A model generated the notes under the pieces. It made no database searches. It saw only the letters and a list, made by a program, of their open reading frames with translations, and was not told the DNA's origin. A DNA stretch of 64,000 bases from Oikopleura dioica (taxonomy: Eukaryota > Animalia > Chordata). Below are positions 61,174 to 64,000 of the stretch, one piece after another; positions within the stretch are counted from its first letter, which is position 1; the number at the start of each line of letters is the position of its first letter. The DNA is taken from contig OU015568.1 of NCBI GenBank assembly GCA_907165135.1, forward strand, positions 12,462,001 to 12,526,000, given 5' to 3'. The position numbers and the translations under genes are program-made.

Positions 61174-63795
61174 ATGATTAGAAATATTTTGCTATTAAAA
61201 TTAGCATCAGGTGCGCCGCTGCCACCAGAAACCACTGCGCCCGCTTCAATTGAGACTTTTACGCTCGCTGCTCAGGAATGATTAAAAATTGATCTATCGT
61301 TAATTTAATTCAGAATTTATAAAAATCATGCAAAAGGAACTTCAAACAACCGCTGAATCTATCGATGACTTTTTAGAAAACGTCGAAACCGACACTACGC
61401 CTGCCACAAATTCTGAAGATGATGTTTTTATCACTACTCCCCAAACTGACCTTGACGAAATAGAAAAAATGTTGACAGAGGATCAAATTAGTCAAGATCA
61501 TGAATTACAGCAAATCGAAGAATTGGAGAAACTCGATGCTGACGATAAAACAGAGGAAGATACTACTGAAGCGCCTGAAACAACAACCACAACAACAACC
61601 GAGTCAAATACAACGACATCGAAAGATAGTGAAGAAGAAAGTACAACAACTAAAGCCCCCGAGACTACAAAAACTGCCAGTCAAAAGTCAGAAGAAAATG
61701 AAGACGCTATTTCAAACAATTTAGAAGAATCTGAAAATATCGAAAATCAAGAGGAAACTGAAGTGCCTTCAAATGCTATCGAATCTATTGAAAATCCAGA
61801 GACAGAAACTGAGGAGAGTCCAGAAGAACCTATCGATACTGAGGAAGTTGAAACCGAAGAAGTTGTCGAGGAAACAGACGTTGCTGAGGCTGAAGTACCC
61901 GCAGAAAATGAGCCCATTGAGTCGGTTCCCGAAGAAATTATCCAAGCACCAGAAGCTCAAGAAATTCAAGAAGTTCCTGAAGTTGTCCAAGAAAGTATTG
62001 CCCCCGAGTCTCATATTGAAGAAAACGAAATAGTTCAAGAACAATTACCAGAAGATAATACCGAAATTTTAATAAGCGAAACCTCCGAAAAACAAGAAGA
62101 ACCTGAAACCGAGAGTGTTCCAGAGACAAAAGAGCTATCTCAAGAGGAAATTCTCGCCCAAGCGTTGATATCAGCAATGAAGTCAAGTGGTGGTCTTGAC
62201 ATCCAGAATAGCATTCAGGCACTTTTAAATCTTCAGCAAGCAAATCAACAACCTGCGGCAGAGGAAAGCAAAGTTGAGGAAACTGTTGAGCAACCGATCG
62301 AAGAGCCCGCTCCGGTAGAAAAACTCTCAGAATCAGTTGCAGAAGAGCCAACTGTTGACAAGCAAGAAGAAATTACTGAGCAGGAACCAAGTGTTGCTGA
62401 TGAAGAACCAGTCGCTCAGGAGTCCTTGGAACAAGAAAACCAACCTTCAGCCATTCAACTCACTAATGAGCTTCAGCCAATCCCAGTCAATGAAGCGCCA
62501 GAAGCCGCAGAAATTTCAGAAGTTCAAGAACCGAGTGAATCGGTCGCTGAGGAAGAAGCACCAGTTATATCGAGTGATGAGTCTACAGGAGAAGAAGAAC
62601 CTCAAAATGAAGCTTCCGAAGTTGTTGCTGAGAATCCAGAAGTTTCAGATTTGTTGGCAAAGTCGGAACAGAAAATCGAAGGTTTTGATGGTTTATCCGA
62701 AGCGCAAAAAGCTCAAATTCTTGCTTTCATTAAAAATTCTGTTTTGCCGGGCAAAGATGAGGAATCGCCAGTAATTTCTGATGAAAGAATGGAAGACGAT
62801 GGAGAAAACAACGAAATCATTCCAGAGCAGATCGACGATCCTGCTGATACTGGCTTTGGCTCACCAGAAGATGTAGTCCAGCCGCCTACGATATTGAACA
62901 GTCCAGCCGACATTCAACCGGAGAAAATTGACTCAAGTTTGTATGAAGAAAATACAGGAGGAAAAGTGGTCGAGTACGATGATGACGAGTACAATAATCT
63001 CAACGAGGTCGAATATGTTGAACCAGATGCTAAGGAGCTTATGAGCTGGTAAGATTTTATCTCTTTACAGACTATTACTTCAAATACTTTCTAGGGAAAA
63101 AGAAAGTAATCCAACAGAAATGCCAAAAGTTGAAAAAATGCGTACTCCTCCGCCAGCTATCTTCAAACACTACGAACAAGAACCTCAATATGACTCGTTA
63201 AAAGCTGCCGGATCACGTGACCATTACATCGATATTCAAACTGAGCTTGAGAGGTAAGTTCGTTAATTCAAGTTGTATATTCTGACTTTTCTTAGTTCTG
63301 GGGATCACTCTGAAATCATAGAAGAGATTTTCCAAGACAAACCTAACGAAATCGACTCCATCTTTGACGCACCTCCAGTCGAGCTTCCTGAGCGTTCCAA
63401 ACTTCAAGTAGAAGACTTGATTGCTCAAAAACAGGTTCGACCAATTTCAGAAAAGTTTCTTATCAAAACAAATTTCAGCAAGACTTGCATGAGGATAAAT
63501 ATAGAGCGCTGGAAAGAGAGGAAGAAGAAAACACCAAAACTTCGCATAAAGGCTGGATGGTGTTTATGATGGTCATTGGCATTTTATTTATTGCGACTAC
63601 AAGAAGAAAGGTAAATTTTTCCAGAAATTTTTGATTAATAAATGTTTCTAGGTTCGAAGATTAATGCCAGCTTCAAATCGTCAAAGGGCATCTTCATTCT
63701 CCAGCAGACAAAAAGGGCCTCTGATCGCCGAAAAGAGGGGTAAGGAGTCTTCCTCTGAAGATGAAGGAGACATTTCTGGCTTTGAGGACTTCTAG
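61174..63795 (+). CDS. Large Glu/Thr/Pro-rich single-pass type I membrane protein
   Basis: Signal-like MIRNILLLKLASG-AP; 574-aa acidic low-complexity exon; spliced TM GWMVFMMVIGILFIATTRRK; tail ending ESSSEDEGDISGFEDF*. Confidence 0.7.
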
Positions 63796-64000
63796 GTGCC
63801 AAAAATATTTATTCTCTAAATATGAAACGTAAACGAAAAACGTATATTCTTGCAAATATAGTATTTATTCTTGAACTGAACTTGCGTAACCTTCTCTTTT
63901 TTTCTTTGAACCTTGATTGTGTTCAACCTTATTTTTAAAAAACAGGTAAGCTTGTTGAGCTCAGAACTCTTTTAATTTTACCGAAGTTTTAGCGAGCGAC

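Noticed and set aside
1-64000. tRNA, rRNA or snRNA genes
   Set aside because: No cloverleaf/T-loop context or conserved snRNA/5S sequence recognised by eye. tRNAscan-SE or Infernal would be needed to exclude them formally.

Overview
Eukaryotic, very compact genomic DNA. Most introns are 30-60 nt, some have GC-AG or GA-AG ends, genes are tightly packed, and AG acceptors sit right in front of start codons. This fits the appendicularian tunicate Oikopleura dioica or a close relative (inference; no database search was run). Genes read from the sequence, left to right: 5' part of an M1 aminopeptidase, a MEX3-like KH protein, SET/NAP chaperone, PIKfyve, a probable mitochondrial membrane protein, syntaxin-16, clathrin light chain, a SAM methyltransferase, an F-BAR/SH3 protein, a Kir2-type inward rectifier, an ARHGAP19-like RhoGAP, SRPK, a PqaA/AprA-family hydrolase, a divergent ribosomal P1-like protein, a 5-Ig KIRREL-like receptor, an ARSB-like sulfatase and a large acidic type I membrane protein. 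At least eight non-autonomous inverted-repeat elements are also present; five have readable target-site duplications (8 bp, 9 bp, TA, TTAA x2). Most notable: (i) a Kir channel with a ~60-aa, 7-Cys extracellular insertion; (ii) a RING-less MEX3 carrying a PAM2-like motif; (iii) a probable trans-spliced operon enriched in membrane-trafficking genes; (iv) MITEs carrying paired CRE palindromes immediately upstream of the Kir gene. Exon boundaries were inferred by eye and are approximate.
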